From an uncultured Nitrososphaerales archaeon (GTDB taxonomy: Archaea > Thermoproteota > Nitrososphaeria > Nitrososphaerales > Nitrososphaeraceae), in assembly GCA_963695855.1 (NCBI GenBank), contig CAVOHZ010000003.1:96001-160000 (forward strand): 64,000 bases of DNA, read 5' to 3'. Each line of letters starts with the position of its first letter. Positions within the stretch are counted from its first letter, which is position 1. A program made the translations under genes and the position numbers. The notes beneath the pieces are model-generated. The model ran no database searches. It saw only the letters and a program-made list of their open reading frames with translations, and was not told where the DNA came from. This document shows positions 1-10,529 of this stretch, in pieces.

Positions 1-1796
1 GCAATTATTGCAATAATGTTTATACTTGAAGAGACAGGCTCTTCGAGATTGTTATTTGTGCCTATTCCAAACGATGCTTGAAGGTAATTTCCAAAGATAT
101 GAAGGAGCTGATCCTCAAATAAAAAGCCTACAGCTCCGATACTTATCGTTGCCACGGCCAAAACCGCAAATGGTACCCACATTAACGCACTAACATCATG
201 AAGATGTTTAGGTGCTTTCTCATGTGAAATGCTTTTCTTTTCATTTTTCTCACCTTCTATATTATCATGATTATCAATCTTCTTGTTATCTGATGAGGAA
301 TTTACTACGCTGGTAGTTCCTCCATGTTGTTGTTCCAATTCTTGAAGGTACTTGCTCTTCTTACCAAAGAACACCATCCCAATCATTCTAAACGTGTAAA
401 AAGCGGTCATTATTGCAATAACAAATGCAATAAAGAATAATGCAGTTCCAGACGATGAACCTGATTCTATTAAAGCAGCAAATATTGCATCCTTACTCCA
501 GAACCCAGAAGTTATTAATGGAGCACCTGCCAGTGACAAACTTGATAACAGCATAAAAATGAATGTCTTGTTCATATTCTTTTTCAAACCTCCCATATCT
601 GTCATAAATCGAGAGCCAACAACATGTAATATCGCACCCGCGGCCATGAAAAGAGATGCTTTAAACATTGCATGACTCATAAGATGGAAGAACCCTGCAG
701 TGTAACCTTCCACAAAGTGTGTCGAAAGTCCTGCAATTCCAAGAGCCATCATCATATAACCTATCTGAGAACCTGTGGAATATGCTAATACTTTTTTGAT
801 TTCCGGATTTACGATTGCTTGTGTAGCAAGGAGGAATGAAGTAATCGCTCCCACCCATGCAACTACTTCAAAAAATTGTGCAGCATTAAAAGCGGCAAGT
901 GCAAAGAAGAGAGGACCTATCCTGGCAACTAAAAATACTCCTGCTTTTACCATTGTTGCAGCATGGATGAGTGCTGATACTGCTGATGGGCCTGTCATAG
1001 CTTCTAAAAGCCATTCATTAAGTGGAAATTGTGCTGATTTTCCTATTGCGCCACCAAACAGTAAAACTGCTGCAGGAACAAGAAGATTTTGTTGCATCAT
1101 TGTATGAGCCCATGTCTGATCTGCTAATAACTCTTTGAAACCAAATGTTCCGGCATACGTGAATATCAAAAACATTCCAGAAAGCATCATGACATCTCCT
1201 GCCCTGGTCATCAAAAATGCCTTAATTCCGGCATGAGTGGGAGAAGCCCACATGGCAATTCCTTTTACAAACTGACCTTCCTTCCCAACATAATATTCCT
1301 TTTTGTCTGAATACCAAAATCCAATTAACGCATAAGATGCAAGACCAACACCTTCCCATCCAAAGAAGACCATCAGTAGATTATCTGAAAGAACTATTAG
1401 CTGCATAGACCCGATAAAGAAAAGCATCCAGAACCAGTAACGCGTGATATCTTTATCTCCATGCATGTATCCAACAGAGTAGACAATAATCAAAAATGAT
1501 ACCCACCCTACTAGGTTTGTCATTATTATTGAGAGTGGATCTGCTAGTACACCTGCTTTGATATTCAAAGCAGATATCCAAGAGATCTGACTATGAGTTT
1601 CTCCCGATTGAACCATCGGAATCAAGGTAGCCGCAAAAAGAGCACTAATTAATGCAAAACCAACAGCAGAATAATTTGTTATTTTATGATTTGATATCTT
1701 AGCAATCGCTGGAATTAATGCAGCACCTACAAATGGTATTATCCACACTAGCCAAGCGTTTATCGCTATTCCTTCAAATCCAATTGATCCAACCAT
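1..1796 (-). CDS. nuoL: NADH-quinone oxidoreductase subunit L (3' end outside window; absent from ORF track)
   Basis: Manual translation from ATG at 1796: MVGSIGFEGIAINAWLVWIIPFVG...FFGWEGVGLASYALIGFW...GKSAQFPLNEWLLEAMTGPSAVSALIHAATMVKAG; no stop seen before the window edge. Confidence 0.95.
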   Translation of the reverse strand, partial: MVGSIGFEGIAINAWLVWIIPFVGAALIPAIAKISNHKITNYSAVGFALISALFAATLIPMVQSGETHSQISWISALNIKAGVLADPLSIIMTNLVGWVSFLIIVYSVGYMHGDKDITRYWFWMLFFIGSMQLIVLSDNLLMVFFGWEGVGLASYALIGFWYSDKKEYYVGKEGQFVKGIAMWASPTHAGIKAFLMTRAGDVMMLSGMFLIFTYAGTFGFKELLADQTWAHTMMQQNLLVPAAVLLFGGAIGKSAQFPLNEWLLEAMTGPSAVSALIHAATMVKAGVFLVARIGPLFFALAAFNAAQFFEVVAWVGAITSFLLATQAIVNPEIKKVLAYSTGSQIGYMMMALGIAGLSTHFVEGYTAGFFHLMSHAMFKASLFMAAGAILHVVGSRFMTDMGGLKKNMNKTFIFMLLSSLSLAGAPLITSGFWSKDAIFAALIESGSSSGTALFFIAFVIAIMTAFYTFRMIGMVFFGKKSKYLQELEQQHGGTTSVVNSSSDNKKIDNHDNIEGEKNEKKSISHEKAPKHLHDVSALMWVPFAVLAVATISIGAVGFLFEDQLLHIFGNYLQASFGIGTNNNLEEPVSSSINIIAII

Positions 1797-1911
1797 TCTT
1801 TTTCTTTTTCACCTTTTGTACTTTTTTTGTTCTCCATTTTTGGAAATTATCAGAGGACTTCTTCCCTTTTTCTCTTTGTCCGTATGAACCCAACAATAGA
1901 TTGCATTGGCA

Positions 1912-3732
1912 TTAATTGGGCATTCCATTAATGGCCTTGTTGGTTTTTGCTAACATCAAACCATCATCACCGTTGTTATTTGATATTTCCATATTTTTTG
2001 TGGTATCAGTTATTGGTAGAGAAACAACATCTGGAGAATCTGAGAAGATTGTTTCTGCATATCCAATAACAGGATTAACTAACGGATCTGGATAGACACC
2101 CATTAGCAATGAAAGAGCTGCTATAACTACCATAGTAGTTATTACATATCTATTTGAATCACGTAATTTATTATATTCTGGAGACATGGGTCCCAAAAAT
2201 ATATACTTAAACATCCTCAGAAGATAAGCTGACGTAAGTACAGTACATAAAATGGCAAGTGAAAACAATACTACCCTGAAGGAATCCATATTTTCCGCCC
2301 CAGTTTGTAAAGCACCGTTAAACAATATCCATTCAGACATAAATCCTCCTGTAGGTGGTACTCCTATCATTGTTAAAACACCAATCATTGCCAATGTTGC
2401 AGTGTAAGGCATTTTGCCTGCAATTCCACCTAGATTAGACATATTTCTTGTGCCTGTTCTCATTATTATCACACCGGCCATCATGAACAATATTGTCTCG
2501 CCAAGCGCATGCGAAACCCACATCATGGTACTCCCAGTTACACCAAGAATGCTTGCGCTACCAAACCCAAAAATAATGTATCCAATATGACTAATACTTG
2601 AATAAGCTAAAAGTTTCTTTATGTCGTTCTGCATCAATGCCATGGCGCCGCCAAAGATCATTGTTACTACTCCCCACAAGTTTACGTAAATACTATAATC
2701 TGAATAAGACACGGATAACAAATCTATCCAAATTCTCAATAATGCATAAACACCTATGCCGCTCATAGGTCCAGCGATTAGAGCAGATACAGGTGTCGGA
2801 GATTCAGCATAAGTATCTGGGATCCATATATGTAATCCAAAAGCGCCTAATTTTACAGCTATTCCTACCACAACTGCAAAAATAATTAAACTCATCCATT
2901 CAGAAGGGATTTTTGACGAATTTGCTTTAATCGTATCAAAGTCAAATCCACCTGCAAAAAGGCCCATTGCCAATAAACCCAAAAGCAAAAGTACTGCACC
3001 AACATGTGTCCAGAAAAAGAACATCAATGAAACTCTTTTTCTTGTCTGATAACCAAATAATGCTATTAAAAGGAACGCAGGAACTAACATTAATTCAAAA
3101 AACACGTAAAACTCTATCAGATTGGTAGAAAGAACTGTTCCCACCATACCCATAGAAAATGTAAGAAATAATGCAAAATACAATCCCATCTGTGTATTGA
3201 TTGTTTGACTTGAATATGGTTCAGTGCTGAATGAACTTTTAGAAATTTGATTCTGATGTTTCATCATACCTTTATCTGCGGATGATTCGTATCCGTTTTC
3301 TTCATTACGATTAGTGTCTATGTTGCCATAGCTACCAATATTGAAATCTTGATCATTTGCACCACCCTCTTTACCAGGACGCAAATTATCAAATTGTCCT
3401 GCTATCTTCCGTACCATGTATGGTTTTGAAAAAATGACAAGGATAGTAGATAGAACATAGATCGTCACAGCGAATGGAGAGCTAAAACCATCGAGTTTTA
3501 AACCAAAATTACCAAATTGACTCCATACATACGATTCCTGATAGATAGGATTTTCTCTAGATAATCCTATACCTGGAATAATCAATAAAATTGCTGAAAT
3601 CAATAAAACAGTAAAAGAAAACCAAGTTACAGAATCTATGCCTTTTCGTTTTCCAATAAAATAAGCCACTGGCGATAACAGTAGAGGTAAAAAAACTGCG
3701 GCCATAAGAATACCTGATGATTCATACGCCAT
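1912..3732 (-). CDS. nuoM: NADH-quinone oxidoreductase subunit M
   Basis: FYVFFELMLVP, VKLGAFGLHIWIPDTYAESPTP and KKLLAYSSISHIG antiporter-like motifs; operon position. Confidence 0.95.
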   Translation of the reverse strand: MAYESSGILMAAVFLPLLLSPVAYFIGKRKGIDSVTWFSFTVLLISAILLIIPGIGLSRENPIYQESYVWSQFGNFGLKLDGFSSPFAVTIYVLSTILVIFSKPYMVRKIAGQFDNLRPGKEGGANDQDFNIGSYGNIDTNRNEENGYESSADKGMMKHQNQISKSSFSTEPYSSQTINTQMGLYFALFLTFSMGMVGTVLSTNLIEFYVFFELMLVPAFLLIALFGYQTRKRVSLMFFFWTHVGAVLLLLGLLAMGLFAGGFDFDTIKANSSKIPSEWMSLIIFAVVVGIAVKLGAFGLHIWIPDTYAESPTPVSALIAGPMSGIGVYALLRIWIDLLSVSYSDYSIYVNLWGVVTMIFGGAMALMQNDIKKLLAYSSISHIGYIIFGFGSASILGVTGSTMMWVSHALGETILFMMAGVIIMRTGTRNMSNLGGIAGKMPYTATLAMIGVLTMIGVPPTGGFMSEWILFNGALQTGAENMDSFRVVLFSLAILCTVLTSAYLLRMFKYIFLGPMSPEYNKLRDSNRYVITTMVVIAALSLLMGVYPDPLVNPVIGYAETIFSDSPDVVSLPITDTTKNMEISNNNGDDGLMLAKTNKAINGMPN

Positions 3733-3797
3733 TTAACATGCTCTCCTCTTTTTGGTCTCTTACAACGCGTAGTTGATAATTGCATGAAACCATACAA

Positions 3798-4100
3798 CTA
3801 ACCCCGCAGACTCCTGTATTCTGCAACATCTATCTCTCTGTACAGTCTATAAGCGATTATTACAATAGCAAGCCCAACCGCAACTTCTGCAGCAGCAATA
3901 GCAATGGCAAATAAAGTTAATACCTGACCCTGAACGTCCCCAATATAGCGCGAAAATGCTACAAGATTAAGATTTGCGGCATTCGCGATTATTTCTATTG
4001 CAAAGATCATTCTAATAGCATTACGTTTGACTATTAACCCGTATACGCCTATTCCAACAAGGATTGTAGAAATTGTAAGGAAATTGATTAGCTCGGTCAT
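3798..4100 (-). CDS. nuoK: NADH-quinone oxidoreductase subunit K
   Basis: 100 aa, 3 TM segments, AIEII and AAAEVAVGLA motifs. Confidence 0.95.
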   Translation of the reverse strand: MTELINFLTISTILVGIGVYGLIVKRNAIRMIFAIEIIANAANLNLVAFSRYIGDVQGQVLTLFAIAIAAAEVAVGLAIVIIAYRLYREIDVAEYRSLRG

Positions 4101-4768
4101 TTTATCTTAAACCGTCCCAATTTCGTAAAACTACTTTTTTTTTGGGATTTTTTCCCAGGAAAATCATCTTGTGCTATGTAGGGATTTTCAGTCGTACGCC
4201 TATTTCCAAAGCCTTCTGCACTATATGAAAATTTCAATGACTCCTCTGCTGCAAAGTCATTATCAGTATCGCTATTTTCATCTTCACGTCTTGCAAGAGA
4301 TAATGCTCCAATAATTGAGCCAGCTAACGTTAGTGCCAGTAAAATAAAAGCGGGAGAATAATAAGTTAACATTTCATTTCCAATTTTGTTAATCATTTCA
4401 GCTACTAGCGGTTTGGATTCAACTTTGGAAAATTCTGAGCTTAACAAAACTATTCCTATTCCGATCATCATTAAAACTGAAAATATCAATCCTGCTATTT
4501 TCCTTCCTCGATCTTCCGTACTAGAAAATAATGCTTGTGTTCTCACTAACATTACTATGAATATTACCAGTACAGCGACAGCTCCAACGTATACGGTTAT
4601 CTGGAACATTGCAACAAAAAGAGAATCCAATAATATGAAGAAACCTGCTATACCAAGCATACTTATTGCTAATGAAATTGCACCATAAACTATCTCTCTG
4701 CTTTCTAAGGCGAATAATGCAGAACCTATGGTCAAGACTGACAATCCTATAAATATAGTATCAACCAT
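4097..4768 (-). CDS. nuoJ: NADH-quinone oxidoreductase subunit J, with a charged C-terminal tail
   Basis: FQITVYVGAVAVLVIF motif; likely start MVDTIF at 4768, overlapping the nuoI stop. Confidence 0.93.
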   Translation of the reverse strand: MVDTIFIGLSVLTIGSALFALESREIVYGAISLAISMLGIAGFFILLDSLFVAMFQITVYVGAVAVLVIFIVMLVRTQALFSSTEDRGRKIAGLIFSVLMMIGIGIVLLSSEFSKVESKPLVAEMINKIGNEMLTYYSPAFILLALTLAGSIIGALSLARREDENSDTDNDFAAEESLKFSYSAEGFGNRRTTENPYIAQDDFPGKKSQKKSSFTKLGRFKIK

Positions 4769-5303
4769 GCCATGCTCCTCTTTCATCAATCTTTACTTCA
4801 ACCGTGCCATCATACTTTGGTTTGACTGCAAGTTGAGCTGGTGTATAAATAAGATTTTCTTTGGTAAACGAAGCCAATTCAAAATCATCAGTCATGAATA
4901 ACGCATAGAATGGACATGCATCTACACATAGTCCACAAAATACACACTTACCATAATCTATTTGTGGCATTATTGCTTTTTTATTTTGTTTCCATTTTTC
5001 GTTCACTTTGACCATTGCTATTGCCTCGGCTATACCTTCGCAAGTAATTGCACATAATTGACATCCCGTACATTTTTCATGAAAGAGTATGTGCCTACCA
5101 CGGGCCCCTGCAATACCAACGCCTTTTTTTGGATCGAATTGATAACCGTCACCAACAAGTTTCAATTTTTGTTCAGGAAATCTTAATGTAAATCTTCTAA
5201 GAAGCAAATGCTTTGAGCCAGATTCAATTGCTTTAATGAATCCTGAGGCGGTAGAGGTCTTTTTAATAACCGATGATGGGGAGGAAGATGATGGTGATGT
5301 CAT
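4761..5303 (-). CDS. nuoI: NADH-quinone oxidoreductase subunit I (2x[4Fe-4S])
   Basis: CTGCQLCAITC and CVFCGLCVDACP ferredoxin motifs. Confidence 0.95.
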   Translation of the reverse strand: MTSPSSSSPSSVIKKTSTASGFIKAIESGSKHLLLRRFTLRFPEQKLKLVGDGYQFDPKKGVGIAGARGRHILFHEKCTGCQLCAITCEGIAEAIAMVKVNEKWKQNKKAIMPQIDYGKCVFCGLCVDACPFYALFMTDDFELASFTKENLIYTPAQLAVKPKYDGTVEVKIDERGAWHG

Positions 5304-5306
5304 ATC

Positions 5307-6566
5307 TTATTGTAATCCTCCTGGAGTTATTATCCCACCATATATTAGGGTTAATACAATGAATATGTTAATGAAAGAAAGAACTATTAATTTATACCAA
5401 CCTGTGTGAAGGAGAATATCGATTCTTATTCTTGGATTAATTCCTCTTGGAAGCAATATCAACATTATCATCCCAAAGGTCTTTATTGTAAACCAGAAAA
5501 TTCCATTGACAACAGTGGCATTGTAAATCATTTCTCCTGTGTAATTTGGAATCAGTTGTTGCGGAAAAATTTGTGGACCACTCCATCCACCTAAGAAAAG
5601 AACAACAAAGAGAGCGGCAAGAACATATAATTTGAGATAGGTTCCTAGCTGTATCAATCCATAAATCATACCAGTTGTTTCTGTTAACCAACCCGCCACA
5701 ATCTCACTTTCAGCTTCTGGAAGGTCAAAGGGTACCCTTTCTAGTTCCGCCAATGAAGAAATATAAAAAACAAAGGCACTCAGAGGAGCAACAGCAAAGA
5801 ACCAAAAAACGTATTGTGATTCTACCATGTCAGTTAGGTTCAATGAGCCCGCCAATAAAACAATTGGAAGCGCTGAAAGAATGAAGGGGATTTCAAATGC
5901 AATCATTTGATGAAGAGCACGCAAACCTCCGATGAAGGGATACTTGCTATTGCTGGACCATGAAAATAATAAAGCCAAAAGCGGGAAAAATCCCAATATC
6001 GCAAAAACAGCTAAAATTCCAACATCAAGATCTGATGCTACCCATCCAGGGGCTACAGGTATCAGCGCAGTAGTAGCTGCAGCCGTTGCAACAAAAATTA
6101 CAGGAGTTGCCCAAAATATCGGCTTATCAGCACCAGAAGGTATTATGATTTCTTTTGAAATTAGTTTAAAACCGTCTGCTATCAATTGTAAAATCCCTTC
6201 ATATCTTCCAGCATATAATGGACCTACCCTTAATTGCATCTTTGCCAAGAATTTTCTTTCAATGAAGATAGTAGCAGCTGCAATTATTGTACCGTATACA
6301 AACCCCGGAAATATCGCAGCTCTAAATATGTCGGTGTGAATAATGAATTTAATAATGGGAATAGTTCGTGTAGGGTCGACCATCATAGAAAAAAAGAGAT
6401 ATGGAGTAAGAACCTCATCTCCTGCATAAGGCAAAGGAAGATAAAAGAGTACTATGAAAATTACTGGTAAAACAACTAAAGTTACGATGACCAGTATCCA
6501 GAAAACAAGCCATATGATGGAACCAACAAAATTTCCAAATCTAAACCCTTTTGGTGCGGTCGCCAT
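5307..6566 (-). CDS. nuoH: NADH-quinone oxidoreductase subunit H
   Basis: ERKFLAKMQLRVGP, QLIADGFKLISKE, ELERVPFDLPEAESE. Confidence 0.96.
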   Translation of the reverse strand: MATAPKGFRFGNFVGSIIWLVFWILVIVTLVVLPVIFIVLFYLPLPYAGDEVLTPYLFFSMMVDPTRTIPIIKFIIHTDIFRAAIFPGFVYGTIIAAATIFIERKFLAKMQLRVGPLYAGRYEGILQLIADGFKLISKEIIIPSGADKPIFWATPVIFVATAAATTALIPVAPGWVASDLDVGILAVFAILGFFPLLALLFSWSSNSKYPFIGGLRALHQMIAFEIPFILSALPIVLLAGSLNLTDMVESQYVFWFFAVAPLSAFVFYISSLAELERVPFDLPEAESEIVAGWLTETTGMIYGLIQLGTYLKLYVLAALFVVLFLGGWSGPQIFPQQLIPNYTGEMIYNATVVNGIFWFTIKTFGMIMLILLPRGINPRIRIDILLHTGWYKLIVLSFINIFIVLTLIYGGIITPGGLQ

Positions 6567-6569
6567 CTT

Positions 6570-7745
6570 CTACCTATCTGCCTCCACAGGCCAATAATTT
6601 AATGCCCAATATATACAAGGCATGTCACCTAACTTTGATCCAATTAATAGATGAGGTAGGGCTAGTATATTCCTAAATGATCCAACAGATATTTTTACTC
6701 TATATGGTCTGGGGGATCCATCACTTATGATATAATAACCAAGAGCACCCCGACCTGACTCTACTCTCTTGTAAGATTCGCCAGGTGACCCTTTTGGATT
6801 CGATTGAAGTTTTAGTCTAACATCTCCTGACTTTGGCATTTTATCTAACAGTTCTCTAATGATGTGACACGATTCCCTCATATCCAGGAATGGTACATAT
6901 GCTCTAGCAAAGGAATCACAAGTTTTCATATACTGAACCTTGAAATCGATCTCATTATAGACATCATAAGGTTCAACTTTTCTTACGTCGTTCGGCACTC
7001 CAGATGCTCTTAATACTGAACCAGTTACTCCAAGATTTATCGCATCCTCTTTTGTCAAAATTCCCACATTTTCAGTTCTTTGTCTAAAAAGAGGATTATT
7101 GTAAAAAATATCTTCATATTCTCTTAGCCTTTTCTCAAAATAATTAACATATTCCAGGCATTTTTCCGTGAAACCTTCTGGAGCATCATTTCTTACACCT
7201 CCTGGGATATTGTATGCATGGGTAACCCTAGCGCCTGTAAGAGCTGTTAATAGATCAATGAATAATTCTCTGTCTCCAGACGGCCACATAAACATTGTAG
7301 AATGACCTAAAAATATTCCATATATTGCAAGCCAATAAAGAGTGTAAACCTGACGATTTAGTTCAGAAGCAATAGCTCTAATAAACTGACCTCTTCTTGG
7401 CACTTCTATTCCTAACAACTCTTCAACAGCAAGACTATAAGAATAGGTAATATTTGTAGAATCATGGATTACCGGCCTTTCAAGATGAGGTATATTTTGT
7501 ATGAAGTTTCTATATTCACACATTTTTTCTTCACCCCGATGAACATACCCTGGATCAGGATCACAGTACACAATATAATCACCATCTACCTTTATAGTAA
7601 ATCTGAAATGTCCAGAACCTGGATGTTGCGGACCAACACTTAAAGTCATTAATCTGTCTTCAGTTGATTCTTTTGCTATAGATAAGCCCAACTTGGTGGT
7701 CTCTTCTAGTTTCTTTTCAAATTCACTGTCAAATTTTGTAGTCAT
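6570..7745 (-). CDS. nuoD: NADH-quinone oxidoreductase subunit D
   Basis: VGPQHPGSGH, GYVHRGEEK, C-terminal EADR. Confidence 0.96.
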   Translation of the reverse strand: MTTKFDSEFEKKLEETTKLGLSIAKESTEDRLMTLSVGPQHPGSGHFRFTIKVDGDYIVYCDPDPGYVHRGEEKMCEYRNFIQNIPHLERPVIHDSTNITYSYSLAVEELLGIEVPRRGQFIRAIASELNRQVYTLYWLAIYGIFLGHSTMFMWPSGDRELFIDLLTALTGARVTHAYNIPGGVRNDAPEGFTEKCLEYVNYFEKRLREYEDIFYNNPLFRQRTENVGILTKEDAINLGVTGSVLRASGVPNDVRKVEPYDVYNEIDFKVQYMKTCDSFARAYVPFLDMRESCHIIRELLDKMPKSGDVRLKLQSNPKGSPGESYKRVESGRGALGYYIISDGSPRPYRVKISVGSFRNILALPHLLIGSKLGDMPCIYWALNYWPVEADR

Positions 7746-7757
7746 CCTTCAGATCAT

Positions 7758-8327
7758 CTACCTGCCCTTTATGCGGAAATCCTTCCTTAAAGGAGGTATG
7801 TCGGCCCAGTCTTCTGGTAACAAGAATCTCTCATTTCTTGGATGTCCTTCAAAGTAGACACCAAGCATCTCAAATGTTTCTCTTTCATGATATTCTACGC
7901 TCTTGAAAATAGGCAATAAAGATGGTAATCGTGCTTCATCTCTATCTGTTTTTGTTGACAGCGCAAGAATAATTGGAGAAATTTCTTCCCTCGAGTATGA
8001 ATTTAAGTGATATACCACTTCAATTGAATTATCTTCTGGATAATCTGTTCCAGAAACAGATTCAGCGTGATCAAAACCAATATCAGTCTTCAAGAAATTT
8101 GCAATTTCAAGTATATTCTTTGGTTCCACATATATTTTCATTCTTCTTGGTTTTAAATAGACTAATCGAATCTTGTTTTGAAATTTCGAATTAATTTGCA
8201 AATATAAAGAATTTTCTGTTTTTGAGTTTGGATCTATAAATGGAATATCATTTTCGTTTGACTTAAGGGTTAAATTGTCAGAGTTTTTATCGAACTTAGA
8301 TGAATCATTGTGGTTGGTTGAAATCAT
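7758..8327 (-). CDS. nuoC: NADH-quinone oxidoreductase subunit C
   Basis: ERETFEMLGVYFEGHP...PPLRKDF signature. Confidence 0.95.
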   Translation of the reverse strand: MISTNHNDSSKFDKNSDNLTLKSNENDIPFIDPNSKTENSLYLQINSKFQNKIRLVYLKPRRMKIYVEPKNILEIANFLKTDIGFDHAESVSGTDYPEDNSIEVVYHLNSYSREEISPIILALSTKTDRDEARLPSLLPIFKSVEYHERETFEMLGVYFEGHPRNERFLLPEDWADIPPLRKDFRIKGR

Positions 8328-8844
8328 TTATTTTATCTTCGACCTTTTGATTTTTTCCTGCAATAACATGCAACCTTGAATCAGTGTTTCAGGTCTTGGA
8401 GGACAACCTGGTACATAGACATCAACGGGTATAACGCCATCAATCCCTGGAAGAACGTTGTACGAATCAATATACAGGCCACCTGTTATAGAACATGCGC
8501 CCATTGCAATGACATATTTTGGTTCTGCCATCTGGTCGTAAACCATCCTTAGCCTTGGAGCCATCTTTCTTGTAACCGTACCTTGAACAACAATAAGATC
8601 ACACTGTCTTAATGAACCAAATGCTTCAATAATACCAAATCTTTCACAGTCATAACGCGGACTGGAAGTCAGCTCCAAATTCAACACTACAACATGCAGT
8701 TTCAAGATGAACTGGCCATAGGGACCAAATTCTTCCCCAGTTTATTGCATACCCTAATGGTTGATCAAGAGCGTTGACTAGTACATCACTAACCTTGCTT
8801 ACTAGAAGGTTAAAATTTGAAGGATTTATTAATTCTTTTAACAT
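8328..8844 (-). CDS. nuoB: NADH-quinone oxidoreductase subunit B, split by one extra base near 8670
   Basis: ORF 8650..8844 (…[11 protein letters not shown]) and ORF 8328..8705 (TSSPRYD…MGAC…VPGCPPRPE) join into a complete NuoB if one base is removed (GGA GCT [G] ACT TCC). Confidence 0.92.
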
Positions 8845-8915
8845 CTATAGTAAATCTCCAGAATGTAATTCAAGTGTTTCATCATAATAGACATTCGTGA
8901 ACAATTCAAGGATTT

Positions 8916-9290
8916 TCACCATATTCCTTTCCTCCCAGAAAGATAAAGAGCATAGCCCATAGTAGCAAACATTATGCCTAGAAACGCAATCATAGGTAAA
9001 GTAGCTTGCTTAGGCATAGATAGAAGGGACGTACCCCAAGCATATAAAAATATTGACATTACATCAAAGACAACGAACATAAGAATATATGAATAGTACT
9101 GCATCATAAAGTGAGATCGGCCTTCACCAACAGGCATTTGACCGCATTCCACTGAAAGAAACTTCACGGGATTATATCTTTTTCTTGGAGATAATAGTCT
9201 TGATAAAATTAAAGATGGAATGCCGGCTAGAACTCCAATTCCCAAAGCATACAAGATTGGAGTAAACTGTGATCCCAACTCCCCAGCCAA
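8916..9290 (-). CDS. nuoA: NADH-quinone oxidoreductase subunit A
   Basis: VECGQ, QYYSYILMFVVFDV; TTG start; first gene of the operon. Confidence 0.94.
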   Translation of the reverse strand: MAGELGSQFTPILYALGIGVLAGIPSLILSRLLSPRKRYNPVKFLSVECGQMPVGEGRSHFMMQYYSYILMFVVFDVMSIFLYAWGTSLLSMPKQATLPMIAFLGIMFATMGYALYLSGRKGIW

Positions 9291-9314
9291 GTTAGTCTTG
9301 CTGGTCTATGCAAG

Positions 9315-9323
9315 ATATAAAAA
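9315..9323 (-). promoter_or_regulatory. Putative TATA box of the nuo operon
   Basis: TTTTTATAT about 25 nt upstream of the nuoA TTG start, consistent with a leaderless transcript. Confidence 0.5.
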
Positions 9324-9326
9324 TCT

Positions 9327-10529
9327 TTATTTTTTCAAAACTAGGTTAAATAATTGTTTTGCCACCACCTTGGGATGATTTATAGCTAATTTAATCATTT
9401 TAGCCATAGTAAAATCAGCTTTAATGAAGTCAAGAAATTCATCCATTGACATTTCTTTCAATATATCTAATTCTTCATCCCATTGATCATCAGATAAATT
9501 AATCCATCTGGATTGAACTTTTAAGGCCGATTGTATCTTCGTACCTATTATTTTTCTCCATTCTTTTTCATATTTAATTAAATATTTGAACGGATCATCT
9601 TGAACTAGTGATTCAGAACCTATTTTTCCGGCTAAACGTCCAAATTCTATAGCATGTCGAATCCCTTCAAGTACGAGTGGATTCGACTGTCCAGCTGAAT
9701 CTCCAACTAATAATATTCTATCATAAACTGTACAATCTCGTGTCCCTTGATTCGGAATATAACCATAATGAAATTCAACTGGCTCAATCCATTCTAACTC
9801 ATTAAGAGGCTTGAGTTTATTTTCAATCAATTGATTTAATAACCTTAATGGTTCTTGTGTTGATTCAGGTCTACCTATTCCTACACCAATTCTTATCCTA
9901 TTTCTAGAAAGTGGAAATGCCCAAGCATACCCAGCAGGTGAATATTGCTTTCCGACCATCAGACTCCAAGTTTCCAAATCCAAATTTTCAGAGTAACATT
10001 CGTATTCTGCACCAATCCCAAATCTCTTCCATCCTGAAAAATGGCCAAGTTTTCTACTAACAAAGCTGTTAAAACCACTCGCATCAATTATCAATTTACA
10101 TTTAAATTCCATTGTTCCCTTTGGAGTATTTACCTTCAGTCCGTTCAATCCTCCTCTGTCCTTTGGAACAGATACGTGAATTACATTACTATTTATCCAG
10201 ATTTCGGAACCAGAATTAGCTGCAAGAAATGCCAGATATTGATAAAGACCTCTAACGTCTAAGACACACGATCTATACTGAGTTCCTTTAATTAGAATAT
10301 CATTATTTGGAGATACAAACCGATAATTTTTTATCGGGTTATACAATTTCTCAGGAATTTCAAGTTTCTCCATAGCGTCGATCCATGAAACTCCACTGGT
10401 TCTAATGTTATGAGCTATGGATTTATCCCTTTCAAAAAGAATTACAGTTGCTCCGTTTCTACAGGCACTATAAGCAGCTGAAAGACCGGCAGGACCGCCT
10501 CCAACTATAGCAACATCATAAGAACGCAT
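9327..10529 (-). CDS. Geranylgeranyl reductase family FAD oxidoreductase (DGGGPL reductase-like)
   Basis: YDVAIVGGGPAG Rossmann motif, IDASG, GYAWAFP, VGDSAGQSNPLVLEGI. Confidence 0.85.
   Translation of the reverse strand: MRSYDVAIVGGGPAGLSAAYSACRNGATVILFERDKSIAHNIRTSGVSWIDAMEKLEIPEKLYNPIKNYRFVSPNNDILIKGTQYRSCVLDVRGLYQYLAFLAANSGSEIWINSNVIHVSVPKDRGGLNGLKVNTPKGTMEFKCKLIIDASGFNSFVSRKLGHFSGWKRFGIGAEYECYSENLDLETWSLMVGKQYSPAGYAWAFPLSRNRIRIGVGIGRPESTQEPLRLLNQLIENKLKPLNELEWIEPVEFHYGYIPNQGTRDCTVYDRILLVGDSAGQSNPLVLEGIRHAIEFGRLAGKIGSESLVQDDPFKYLIKYEKEWRKIIGTKIQSALKVQSRWINLSDDQWDEELDILKEMSMDEFLDFIKADFTMAKMIKLAINHPKVVAKQLFNLVLKK

Noticed and set aside
1797-1911. Short ORFs between nuoM and nuoL (MPMQSIVGFIRTKRKREEVL*; MENKKSTKGEKE... 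out of frame with nuoL)
   Set aside because: Too short and A-rich to support; the GGTGA here may simply be the nuoL ribosome-binding site
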